A stretch of DNA of 64,000 nt, taken from positions 14,508,001 to 14,572,000 of the forward strand of contig CP075492.1 in NCBI GenBank assembly GCA_021613535.1, written 5' to 3'. The notes under the pieces were generated by a model, which had not been told where the DNA came from, made no database searches, and saw only the letters and a list, made by a program, of their open reading frames with translations. Made by a program: the position numbers and the translations under genes. Numbering within the stretch: position 1 is the stretch's first letter; each line of letters opens with the position of its first letter. The DNA comes from Adineta vaga (Eukaryota > Animalia > Rotifera). Shown in pieces: positions 51,583 to 62,924 of the stretch.

Positions 51583-52838
51583 ATGATGAAAGCAGCTGTT
51601 ATTACAAGTTTTACTCAACCACTTGAGATCAAACAAGTGAAAATTCCTAAACCAGGACCTAAAGAAATTCTAGTAAAAAATATTGCCTGTGGTGTTTGTC
51701 ATTCAGATTTACATATTGCTAAAGGAGGTAAGGAAAAACTTGTTGTTTATTACTAAAATTTATCGTATTGTATTTACTAAAGATTGGGATGAAAAACCTG
51801 ATCTACCTCGTATTCCTGGCCATGAAGGTATTGGTGAGATTGTTGAATTAGGTTCTGATGTTGATAATCAATTGAAACAAGGAGATATCGTTGGAATTCC
51901 ATATACGTATTCAACATGTCTTCAATGTGAATATTGTTTATCAGGTCGAGAAGCATTGTGTGAACAACTGATGGGTTCAGGTTTTTCATACGATGGTTGT
52001 TTTGCAGAATATACATTGATACATAGTGATTTTGCTATTAAACTTCCTGATGGAATGGATCCGTATACATCAGCACCACTTTATTGTGCAGGTGTGACAG
52101 TATACAAAGCTTTGAAAATGTCTGAAGTACAACCAAATCAGTGGATATCGATTGTCGGCGTAGGTGGTCTAGGTAATTATCTTCTTCCTTTATTTAGATA
52201 GACAATTCATAGTTTGTTTTTGAAGGTTCTGTGGCTGTTAAATATGCTATTGCCATGGGAATGAAAGTAGTGGCTGTTGTAGCCCCACACGATAATGTAA
52301 AATTGGCAAGCTCATTTTTTTATCTATCCGTACTATTCAATGTTCTCTTATCTATAGATTGCTGTAGAATTATCTAAAGAAATGGGAGCTCATGAAGGTT
52401 AATCTTGATAGATGACTCTTCACAATCATAGTAACTATAAATTTTGTTTTAGTTTATGATGGTCCAAGTGATAAACAGAGTGAATGGATTCAAAAAAATC
52501 TAGGCGGTGTACAAGCTTCTATTGTTACTGTTCCAATTATTCAAGCTTATGATGAAGCATATAAATCAGTAAAACGTGGTGGTCGTATCGTAGCGGTAGG
52601 TTTACCCAATGGAGCGCTATCTATACCAATAATTGATTGTGTTTGTCGCGGAATTCAATTAATTGGTTCAATGGTTGGTTCACGAAAAGATTTGCAAGAA
52701 TCTTTAGAAATGGCCAAAACTCACCATATTACATGTAAAGTTGAAAAACGTAAACTCGAAGATATCAATCAAATACTTGATGATATGATAAATTATAAGA
52801 TTAATGGTCGAATCGTCATTGATTTTTCAACTAAATAG
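51583..52838 (+). CDS. Zn-dependent alcohol dehydrogenase (AdhP/fungal ADH1-like), multi-exon
   Basis: GVCHSDLH; PGHEGIG; structural Zn [15 protein letters not shown]; [14 protein letters not shown]; GVGGLG; GRIVIDF. Confidence 0.92.
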
Positions 52839-53052
52839 ATACATATACACACATGATGAATATTAGCATACTTATGCGTACTCTCTACCCTTATTTTTTC
52901 CACGTGCTGTTCGTATTTTATCGAAGGACACTGACAGAAAAGGAGAAAAAGAACGATATATCCTTTTTTTTATTCTTTCTTCCAAAGTGTATTGATTTTC
53001 ATTCATATTTATTCAACCATAGTGATGCTTAGTAAATGTTACGAATCTTCTG

Positions 53053-53946
53053 ATGAAAATGAATCTTTTATTCTTAGAAAATTTTTTTATTCATTTACGT
53101 ATTAAATTTATCTTATTCTTAGTGCCGATCTATCTATTTGGAATTGTTGTTGCAAATGGAAACATTTTTACATGGAATGTTTTAATAGAATTTATTATTT
53201 TACATGTCTTTCTTTATGGTGGAGTTAATGCATTAAACGATTACTATGATCGAGATGAACAGGGACCAATTGGTGGTCTTGAAAAACCTCCACCTGTAAA
53301 TGGACATTCTCTCTTCTATCTAGCATGGTTATGGAAATTAATTGGAATTTATCTATCAATGAAATATACATCTGTTAAATTTGTATTTGCTGCCTTTGTC
53401 TGTATTTTTATGTCGATCGCTTATTCTCATCCGAAGATTCGTCTAAAAGGAAATCCTCTATGTAGTATTTTAATCGTCATTTCATTACAAGGTTTTCTTA
53501 CCTATTATTTCGGTACTATTGTTGATACGAGTAATATTTCGAAAATGTCATCGTTCAAATTTTGGATGGGAGCATATGTCATCGTGCTTATGACTCTTGG
53601 AACTTATCCATTATCACAAGTGTATCAAATTGAACAAGATCGTTTACAAGGTGATCGAACACTAGCTATTTTGTTAGGTGTTGAAAAAACATTTCAGTTT
53701 AGCTGTATCTGTTTATTCATAAGTGGACTTGTCATCAGTATATTGATTGGATACTATTATTATTGGTGGGAAGGTTTTCTTGTGTTTCTCAATGCTTTTC
53801 TATTAATCTATGGTGTACAACAGTGGAACAATAAGTTCGATCGACAAACAGTGGTGGAAAATTTCAAAAGTTTACATCGATTATTGACAATGCAGACTGT
53901 TTGTTTATATACATTTTGTTTTGCTCATTTATTTCATATACTATAA
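53053..53946 (+). CDS. UbiA-superfamily membrane prenyltransferase, intronless, bacterial-like
   Basis: Multi-TM; NALNDYYDRD; AYSHPKIRLK; YQIEQDRLQGDRTLA. Confidence 0.85.
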   Translation: MKMNLLFLENFFIHLRIKFILFLVPIYLFGIVVANGNIFTWNVLIEFIILHVFLYGGVNALNDYYDRDEQGPIGGLEKPPPVNGHSLFYLAWLWKLIGIYLSMKYTSVKFVFAAFVCIFMSIAYSHPKIRLKGNPLCSILIVISLQGFLTYYFGTIVDTSNISKMSSFKFWMGAYVIVLMTLGTYPLSQVYQIEQDRLQGDRTLAILLGVEKTFQFSCICLFISGLVISILIGYYYYWWEGFLVFLNAFLLIYGVQQWNNKFDRQTVVENFKSLHRLLTMQTVCLYTFCFAHLFHIL

Positions 53947-54274
53947 ACAAAATTGTAAGATGAATGCTTACACTTACATGATTATTGTTTCATTTTAAAT
54001 AAATGAGAAAAAATATTCTTAACTTAAGGGACTTGTAAGCAATAAATAGATAAAAACGAAATTCGTTGGAGTAAATATGTTTTATTCTAGTAGTAAAAAA
54101 AAGACGGTTATATCTATGCAATGTACGCATCTCGATTTTTATTCGCTTCTTTTGTTTCATAAGATAAAAAATGATAACAGAATATAAATAACTGAGTATG
54201 TTCTTCATTGTTTCTTGCATATATACTACTAGTTTGAAATAGATACAAAGTGTATTTAAGTTAGTTTTGAAAAA

Positions 54275-54523
54275 ATGCGTCGTTGGGAATATGAGGTATT
54301 ACACTTTGACCATAATACTGATGGAGATTTATCAACAAGATTAAATCAATATGGTCGAAATGGGTGGGAATTAGTTACGAGTTTTCCCGATTGAGAAACG
54401 TCTTATATCGTAAACTTCGTATTCAAACGTCTATCAAGCAATCGTCGATCATCATCACGATCAAGCTCGAACAACAGATATTCGGCTAATGCTTATGATA
54501 GACATGAATATGAATACGATTGA
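54275..54523 (+). pseudogene. DUF4177-like small ORF interrupted by an in-frame TGA (54392-54394)
   Basis: MRRWEYEVL...LNQYGRNGWELVTSFPD*ETSYIVNFVFKR...YD*; WEY, GWELV and FKR motifs all in one frame. Confidence 0.65.
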
Positions 54524-54864
54524 ATCAAAGACTACAATGATTAATAAAGTAAAACGTAATTATTTTAACTTCGAAAAAATGAATTTTGATACTTTTCCAA
54601 AAAATAATCAGTTTTGCAGATATTCACATATTTCATTCTTGTTGAATATTGCAGAATCTGTTTCAACTGATTTTCAGAACTCGATTCTCCTATGATAAAG
54701 GAAATTTGAAGATAACTAATTCCGCAATGCTCAATGTCACGGAATAGGATGACTACATAGTTCTACATCCACAAGAAAAGGTATTGATTAAGGAATGACA
54801 CATAAGAAGAAAAAAAAAGGCTGTTTTTTTATAATAAAATAAAATAGAAGAGTAAATAATTAAG

Positions 54865-56119
54865 TTATTGTTTTTGCTTGGCAGACTCTATTCTTTTAGC
54901 GAAAATATCCTTTGACTGGGTAAGTTGTTCGAGAGCTAATTCCAATAGCGCTGCATGTTCACCGATAGATTTAACTGGAAACTCATCAATTATGGCGATT
55001 GTTTCTTTCAGATGCGTAGCATCATGCTTGAATGTTCTTAATTTGATGATTATTTCACCGATATTGTTTAACGTTTTTGTTATAAAATCGCTAAAATCAC
55101 CCAGTGTTTTTATGTTACGCTGATGTTTAACAATACCAAGTTGACCTTCGTCGAACAGTCGAGACCACCAACTACCATACTGTAATTCATTCACTCTTTT
55201 TTCACTTATACTCTTACCTTTGGCATTAATCTGCTGAATAGTTTCCAATTTATTTTCAGTAGACTTCAATGACATATGAGCTTGTTGAGCTTGTTCCAGT
55301 ATTTTATCTATTTCGGTGTTTGTTCGTTCCATATAACGGTTAAACGAAGTATCTAATGTAGTTTGGTCTTTCATTTCTGAATATCCTAAGATTAGAGTAA
55401 AATATATTAGCAATATGTAATTGCAATGACTCTACAGAGACTTTTTATAATTGGTTGTCGATTGTTTTCTGAGAAATAACTAATTTTGATCGTATCAAAA
55501 TTCAAGAAAATGTCGATGAGATGTACGATCATACTTGCATGCTAACTCAACGAAAACAAGTTCTTTCTATTATACCTATTTGAGGTAAACCTTTGTCGGA
55601 TGATGTTTCAGTTTTGATCAATTTGAGTAAATCATCTTTGCCCCATCTTCCGTAAAGCTCCATTCGACCGAGGGCACCGTGAAATGATGCCAACATATCA
55701 GTCAAGTCATCAGCACTGGTTTGCATGAGTTCTTGTAAACCTTTTATTTCCGTGTCCAGCTGCGCTTTAATAGTTGGATTGATATCACTATGAATGATGG
55801 TACCTCGAATTTCAATCAATGCAGTTTTTGCCCGAATACATCGTATAGGTGCATCAACATCGGCATCAACTAATACGTTAGCCACTGCTGTACTATCTTC
55901 AGCTAGCTTATTAAATGGTGGAATTGAGATGGGTCCCTGAGAGTTGTCGGGACACAAATGACACACGAATGGTAGAGAACAGGCACGTTGACAAATAATA
56001 TGTATGTAACCGTAATGCAAAGAAACAGCAAGAATTATTACAATAATAATTGGTTTAAAAAGCAAACGATATATGTGCCAGCCAATGTCAAATAGTTCTC
56101 TAGCGATAACACCACCCAT
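54865..56119 (-). CDS. Membrane-anchored coiled-coil protein of unknown function, 2 exons
   Basis: N-terminal TM, CSLPFVCHLC, long amphipathic helices, SWWSRLF; intron ~55385-55575. Confidence 0.65.
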
Positions 56120-56481
56120 GGTCGTTGCTTACTATGATCGTTTGATAAAAAGTTTATCTATAAATAATAGTTTCACAAATTAATAACATTAGCACAAAAA
56201 ACACTGGGAAGAAACTCTCCTTTTCCCGTCAACCGCATCGTCGCGGTGCTTATAATTAGTGTTTGGATTAAGACTATTTTTTGAAAAAATTAAAGTTAAG
56301 AAAAAGTAGAAATTAAGTTTCAACCATAGTTATCACTTCCAAGTTCATCAACTTCTCAAGATCTTTCACCAGATTGAATTGATTTGAAATTATCTATCTT
56401 AATGATGTGCATGAGTGAGAATGGGTAGAGAAAGAAGGTTTATTTTTTTCACTCTCACCCTCAATGAGAGTCATCCAATTA

Positions 56482-56573
56482 CTAGGTTGAAGAAAAAGTT
56501 CGTGCGCCGTGTTAAAATACCCTCCTCACCCTTAATATGTGAACACGGCGCACAAACTATTTTCTCAACCTAA
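56482..56573. mobile_element. Mariner/Tc1-derived MITE (92 bp) with TA target-site duplication
   Basis: TIRs ctaggttgaagaaaaagttcgtgcgccgtgtt and aacacggcgcacaaactattttctcaacctaa, flanked by TA on both sides; TAGGTTG ends resemble mariner TIRs. Confidence 0.8.
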
Positions 56574-57937
56574 TATTTAGATAATTCCAGGTTATCTATG
56601 CAAACTTGTGCTAATATAAAAACAGCGCTGTATAGTTTGAAAATGGTACTATGTTCACATAATCAGTAAGTTGATTTATCGTCTTTCACATTCTACTCTC
56701 GCCAATAGAGAACATCGGCATATAATGTAAATTGATATAGTGATCTGAAACGAACAATGATAACTGACATATAGTTATATATGGTCGTCTTCGATATACC
56801 TTATTTGAAATTAGGAGAGATCTGGTTAATTTAAATGATGATAAATCAATGTGCTAGCAATACATTACTTCAATCTAGATGATACTCTTTTTTTAAATGT
56901 GTAGAATCAACTACCAATCTTATTTTTTTTATTATACTAATGCAAGTAAACCTATTGGGAAAAAACCCAGTAAATTATGATAGAAAAAAATATATCATTT
57001 GTCAGCATACATTGACGAGAACAAACTCAATATACGCATCACCAATCAGCTAGTCCCGAGTCGTATAAACAATGTGTGTGCTGACTCAATATTAACGACA
57101 GATTTACATAAAAAGTGTAAAAACCAATACAACAGTTGTAGTTTTGAGAAATTATTTATTTTTTGTTTCTATATACCAAATTAAGCCTTTTCGAATTCTT
57201 TATTCTCGAAATTTCTGAATGTAACACATTTTTAGTGATTCCGTTAGTGTACACTATACATGTACATTACTTGATGTATTCACTCATGCACTTCTAAGAT
57301 CTTGCATTGGATCATCGACAACCATATTACTATCTGTAACACCTTCAAATGGGCACCTCGAAACATAATTGTTTTCATTGATGCTACGACTACTCGATTA
57401 ATATTTAGGAGAACTTCATTTTCGTACTTGACGAATTATCAAAGTCAGATACGCTAAGAAACGCTTGCTGATCAATAAACAAAAATATATATTTATTATT
57501 TCATGATAAATAAGTTTGGTTTGCTCTACTAATTTATACCATTCTCTTGATTATTACTATCGGTAATTATGATGTATCTACCAATACTTAATAATTTTAT
57601 AACTATGCAAGTATACGGCAAATACACTTAGTAAATAATTGACAGAGAAGTAGTCATTAGAAGTACACAGCCTCATTTCACAAGATATTCAAATTTTAAC
57701 ACCAAACAAATATAAACTTTACAGTCTTTTCTCCTCCGATAATGTGGCAAATGTGATTTTTCATTTTTTTTTCGTTTATAACTGGTAATATCTATTTAAG
57801 CTTCTCATTTATCGACAAGAATCAAACAGACACGTGTAGCTCTGTGCATAATACAGCTCATACCGAAAGATAAGATAACAATAAAAAAAACTGTTTACCA
57901 TATTACTTCTCTCGAGGTTTCTTGCTGCAAAAAAGGT

Positions 57938-60001
57938 ATGGGCTCGATTCTTTCTACTGTAAAAAACTCAATGATCGCACAAAATCGAATTGTGTATTCT
58001 TCATTGTTTTTCACCGCTCTTACTGGTATTACACTATTAATTTCGTCTTCTTCCCGTATCAAAGTTATTTTCAAAAGATTCATTCGAATTCAAGTACGAA
58101 AATGGTTAATAGATCCCTATATGAAAGGATCTGATGCAGATGCCTTTGTATCTTACTATCGACAAGTTCTATGTCATCAACAGAAAATTAACAATGAATT
58201 ATTAGAAAATATTCTACGAAACAATCATTCGTGTGCATTCTCCACTGATCGATCGATTCCACTTGTATCGGCTAAGGAAGGTGATTATACATCAATAAAT
58301 GATTTTCGTGAAAAAGTTCCATTAACTACATACAATGATTATCGTGATTATCTGGATCGAACTGTTCATGACGCAGCAATAAATCAAGTCGTCTCTGATC
58401 GTATTGTTTATTTTGCGCTAAGTTCAGGAACAACAGGAAAAGCAAAAACGATTCCTATAACGAAAAAATTGATTCGAAAATTCATGACATTAGCACGTTG
58501 TGCACCATCAGTCGTTTGGCGATCTCTTCCATATGAATTATATCCATCACCTGAACGACGATCATTTGTCTTACTAAGTGGACAACAACCGAAATCATTT
58601 CTAAGATCAGCAAATGGTACACCTATGGGTGCACTTAGTCAAATTCTTTCCGTTTTTTCACCACTTCCAGGTATAAGATTGATGGCATCTAATTTCAGTG
58701 TGATCGCTCTCGATCTAGTTGAACGAATGCCTGATTTTCATACGAATGCATTTGTACAACTTGTCTTTGCATTAGCCATACCTGATCTTTTTGCTTATAT
58801 AATTCCATTTGCTCCTGAATTTATACATACAGTTAAATTGATCGAAACTTACATGGAAGAAATGAGTGTTTGCATTGCTTCTGCTAGTTTCAATTGCAGC
58901 TCTCTTATTCAACAGAAAATTCATGATCAAAAAGTCATTATTCACTTGAATCAAGCATTGTATGAAACACTTCTCGAGTATGGCGGAAAAGCATATCAAT
59001 TAAAACGATCCGAATATATTCGAAAAGCATGTATGGAAAAAGTTCTACCTGGTCTTCTTCATCGTCTATGGCCAAATCTAATCTATGCAGCTACAACATT
59101 GGGTGGAAGTTTTTCTATCTATAAGGAACAAGTTCAATTCTATTGTGGAAATCATGTAGTAGTAACAAATTTTATGGTCTATAGTGCTAGTGAAGGATAT
59201 TTTGGTACTACTGCAAGTATTCATACGGATGAATATTTTCTTTCACCAGCAACAGCATTCTTTGAATTTATTAGAGAAGAAGATGTACATCAGGTAATAA
59301 ATGATTTCATGGTAAATATCACGAATCTTTTCTTTCTTTTTTAGGCTCAACCTAAAACTCTTCTTCTCTCCGAGATTGAACCTGGACATCAATATGAATT
59401 AGTTTGTACTACGGATGCTGGTTTAATTCGATATCGAATGGGAGATATAATCAAATGTACACGATTTCTAACACGCACAGAAGATTTAGTTCCATTACCT
59501 ACTGAACCAAAAGAGATTCCTCGAATTCCACTCATTTCAATTGGATATCGAATTGGAAATCTTTTAGATGTAATAGGAGAGAAAACTACCGAACAAAATT
59601 TGATTGATACAATTAAACGAACAGTTGATGATTGGAAACAACAACAAGATATACTTGTTAATATCAGTGACTTCACATCGTATGCTGAATTAGATGCATT
59701 TCCACCCCATTATGTTATTTTTCTCGAATTAACCGATGATCAATCATTTGAAATTCTAAAGAGTACAGTTAATACAACATTCGATCGTAATCTTCGACAA
59801 TGCAACTTTGTCTATGATCGTGTTCGAGATGCATCTTATCTTAGTTGTCTTAAATGCAATTTTGTGCGAAATGGAACATTTTCCACGTTTTTACATGAAA
59901 AATTACTAACTGATCATATTAGTCCTATTCAAGTCAAACCACATCGTTTATTAAAAAATGAACAACATATTCAGTACTTTCACGAGCATCGTTTGATTTA
60001 A
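57938..60001 (+). CDS. GH3-family acyl-amido synthetase (GH3/GHDC-like), 2 exons
   Basis: FREKVPLTTYNDY; SSGTTGKAK; YSASEG; AFFEFI; AGLIRYRMGD; GEKTTE; intron ~59293-59344. Confidence 0.9.
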
Positions 60002-60593
60002 TAATAAAGATTCTTCATCATAGGAAAATGTTCATTGGCCAACAATCAATTGAGATCACACTATTGCAAATTATCCAGATGTATCCGTCTAATTTTTGTG
60101 AAGACAATCTTTGCATTGTTTCCAATTAGGAATATATATATATGCATGTAAAAATAACCTAGAGGGAACATTATAAATATATTTTCCTTGCGAAATTGCT
60201 TAATAGTTTTAAGCGCATCATATCTAGAAATGTTACCTGAACTCTCCTATTTATCTATATGAGATTTCTGTTACACTTAGTTGTATCGTGCATAGTTTGC
60301 CAGTGAATATTATTTTCGATGAACCTAAACGGTAAATCAACATTGAAAATTATTTATTTAATTTAGATTATGGTGAATTCGTTTAGATATTAAACTTTTG
60401 CAATAGTCATTTTTTGGTTTAATATATTATGTATATAAATTATAACAAGTGTAATTTATATCGGTCAATGGTACACCTACAATATCGATAGTTACTATCG
60501 CATTCAATGCTTCTCAAGCAGGTATAATTTCTCTAATAGCTATGACTGTTGATAACGTATCGTCATTATATATTGAAATAATTTCGTTTAAAA

Positions 60594-60895
60594 TGGTCTA
60601 AAACTGGGTAGTATGAAATATGAGCGAACTAATGCTTCTGTCTCTTTATTAACAAACGGAAAAGTATTTATTGCAGGTAGAATAAATGACGATCGTTATC
60701 TACATTCTGTTAAGTCGTATGATCCATCAACAAATGTTTGCACAAACACTGGTAGCCTGAATTATGCATGAACCAAACACACTGCACGCTTATTACACGA
60801 TGGTAAAGTTTTAATTGCTGGTGGAGGGAATGGTAATGTTGCTTTCCAGACTGCAGAATTATACCACCCAATGACAAATATGTAGGCAACTGCAT
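60594..60895 (+). pseudogene. Kelch-repeat relic
   Basis: LLTNGKVFIAG...SYDPSTN..TNTGSLNYA*TKHTARLLHDGKVLIAGG..TAELYHP, with stops and a frameshift. Confidence 0.75.
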
Positions 60896-61105
60896 CTAAT
60901 TGAATCATGTATGATTGTAATAGTTATTTTAAAATAGAAACGCGTACTTCAATTTTATTCTCTTGTAACATCTCTCCTCTACTTTTCTACCATGTCATAC
61001 GTGACGTCGACTATTATTGATATTAAAGTCGTAGTTTGAAGGTGAAACAGGTAGAAAGAAAAACAACAAAAACATTCTTTTTCGTTTTATATTTATATCG
61101 AAGGC

Positions 61106-62572
61106 ATGCTTTTCTTACTTTTTTATGTAATTATATGCATTGTATGTCTTATCTACATCATCAGTTTCATTTGTCCTCGTCCTATATATGGTATTCCACT
61201 TGCTCAAAATTACAATTTCATTTTTGGTCATCTATTCATAATTCTAAAGAATTTCGATTATCTTCATGATATTCGTCTTCAGGAAGCACTCAGACATGAA
61301 TCTTTAGGACATTCTTATTTTCAAGAACTTCTTCCTTTGAGTCCACCTCGTATTGATCTTCTTACACCTGAATTGATCGAATTTGTTCTTCGTTCTGAAT
61401 TCAATTCATTCGAAAAAGGTTCATTCTTTACTGAACCTTTTCATGATGTCTTTGGACAAGGCATACTGAATGCAGATGGTACGCAATGGAAATTACATAG
61501 ACGAATGGCTCAACATCTAGTCACTCGAAATGGATTGAATCGAGCACAGGAAGTATTTATCGAACATGCTAATCGATTCATAGAATTATTGAGAAATTCA
61601 AAGTCTGCTGATATGCAAATTTTATTTCATCGATACACTATGGACTGTACATGTGAACTGGTTTGTGGCTTTGATCTCAATTCATTAACGTCTGAAACAT
61701 CGATTCCATTCGTTAATTCGTTTGATGGTGCTGTCGCAATTTGTACTCGTCGATTTCTGATACCGAAATTTCTATGGAAATTGAAGCGATTTCTTAACTT
61801 AGGCAATGAATATTTATTGAAGCAACATTGTCAAATTATCAATCAGTTTATCGATTTCGTTGTTAAACAACACAAGAACTCTGGAGATGATCTATTGAGT
61901 CGTTTACTAGAAGAAGAAGATATGACAAAAGAATTATTACGAGATACTTTGGTGAATATGATTGCTGCTGGAAGGGACACTGTTGCCGTCGCCTTAACTC
62001 ATTTATTTTATGTTCTGTCTAAGCATCCCGATATTGAACAGAACATACTCGATGAATTACATCTTAAGACAAACAATGAGATCAATGAAGAAACTTTGAA
62101 CGAACTTATCTATTTAGATTGTGTAATTCTTGAATTATGTCGTCTTCATCCGCCCTTACCTCTTGATTTTAAAGTCTGTGCAAGAGATATTCATCTTCCC
62201 GGAACAGAAAATATTGTATTACCTAAATCAACGATTGTTTCATATACACCCTATCATTTTCATCGACTTAGATCTGTTTGGGGTGAAGATGCAATGGATT
62301 TCAAACCGGATAGATGGTTAGATTTAGATGGTAAAATCAAAATGGAAAGTCAATTCAAATTTCTTTCATTTAACGCTGGACCTCGTCTTTGTTTAGGTAG
62401 AGCAATGGCTCTATTAGAAGTGAAAACATTGGCTGCTATGTTACTCAATGAATTTCATTTTCAACTAGTCAACGAAAATAATTTTAATACAAACATAAGA
62501 TTTACAACAACTTGTCCATTTGTTGATGGACTCACAATGACTATCATGAAACGAGAACATACATTTGAATAA
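61106..62572 (+). CDS. Cytochrome P450 resembling CYP86/94/704-clan fatty-acid hydroxylases, intronless
   Basis: N-terminal anchor; FGQGILNADGTQWKLHRR; AAGRDT; ELCRL; FKPDRW; heme motif FNAGPRLCLG. Confidence 0.9.
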   Translation: MLFLLFYVIICIVCLIYIISFICPRPIYGIPLAQNYNFIFGHLFIILKNFDYLHDIRLQEALRHESLGHSYFQELLPLSPPRIDLLTPELIEFVLRSEFNSFEKGSFFTEPFHDVFGQGILNADGTQWKLHRRMAQHLVTRNGLNRAQEVFIEHANRFIELLRNSKSADMQILFHRYTMDCTCELVCGFDLNSLTSETSIPFVNSFDGAVAICTRRFLIPKFLWKLKRFLNLGNEYLLKQHCQIINQFIDFVVKQHKNSGDDLLSRLLEEEDMTKELLRDTLVNMIAAGRDTVAVALTHLFYVLSKHPDIEQNILDELHLKTNNEINEETLNELIYLDCVILELCRLHPPLPLDFKVCARDIHLPGTENIVLPKSTIVSYTPYHFHRLRSVWGEDAMDFKPDRWLDLDGKIKMESQFKFLSFNAGPRLCLGRAMALLEVKTLAAMLLNEFHFQLVNENNFNTNIRFTTTCPFVDGLTMTIMKREHTFE

Positions 62573-62924
62573 ATATTGTAATGACTTAGATTGTGCTCGA
62601 GTAAGTTTTTCTTTCGTTTGTTGTGCGAAATCTATTCAAAACTATTTTGTGATTTCACGGAGTCACCGTTGCAAATATTTTTGTGATTATTGAAATGAGG
62701 GTGCGGATGGGTAGAGACACGGAATTACACTCATACGTATACTTTCTTGAAATGTATGTTTTATTTGAACGAATTAACATAGCAGCATCATGTCCTGTAC
62801 TGATACTATTGCACCAATTGTTCCGTGTTCGTGAATGGGTTGAAAAATTGAAATGAGACACTTAAATGTAATCATTCGTATCTTTGTAATGTGCAAGTAG
62901 ATGAAATATCTCTTTGTTGTAAAA

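Noticed and set aside
13692-54523. Idea that the divergent eRF3 drives recoding of the frameshifted NIDO gene and the TGA-containing DUF4177-like ORF
   Set aside because: Only co-location supports it; the window has many ordinary pseudogenes and all three stop codons are used normally
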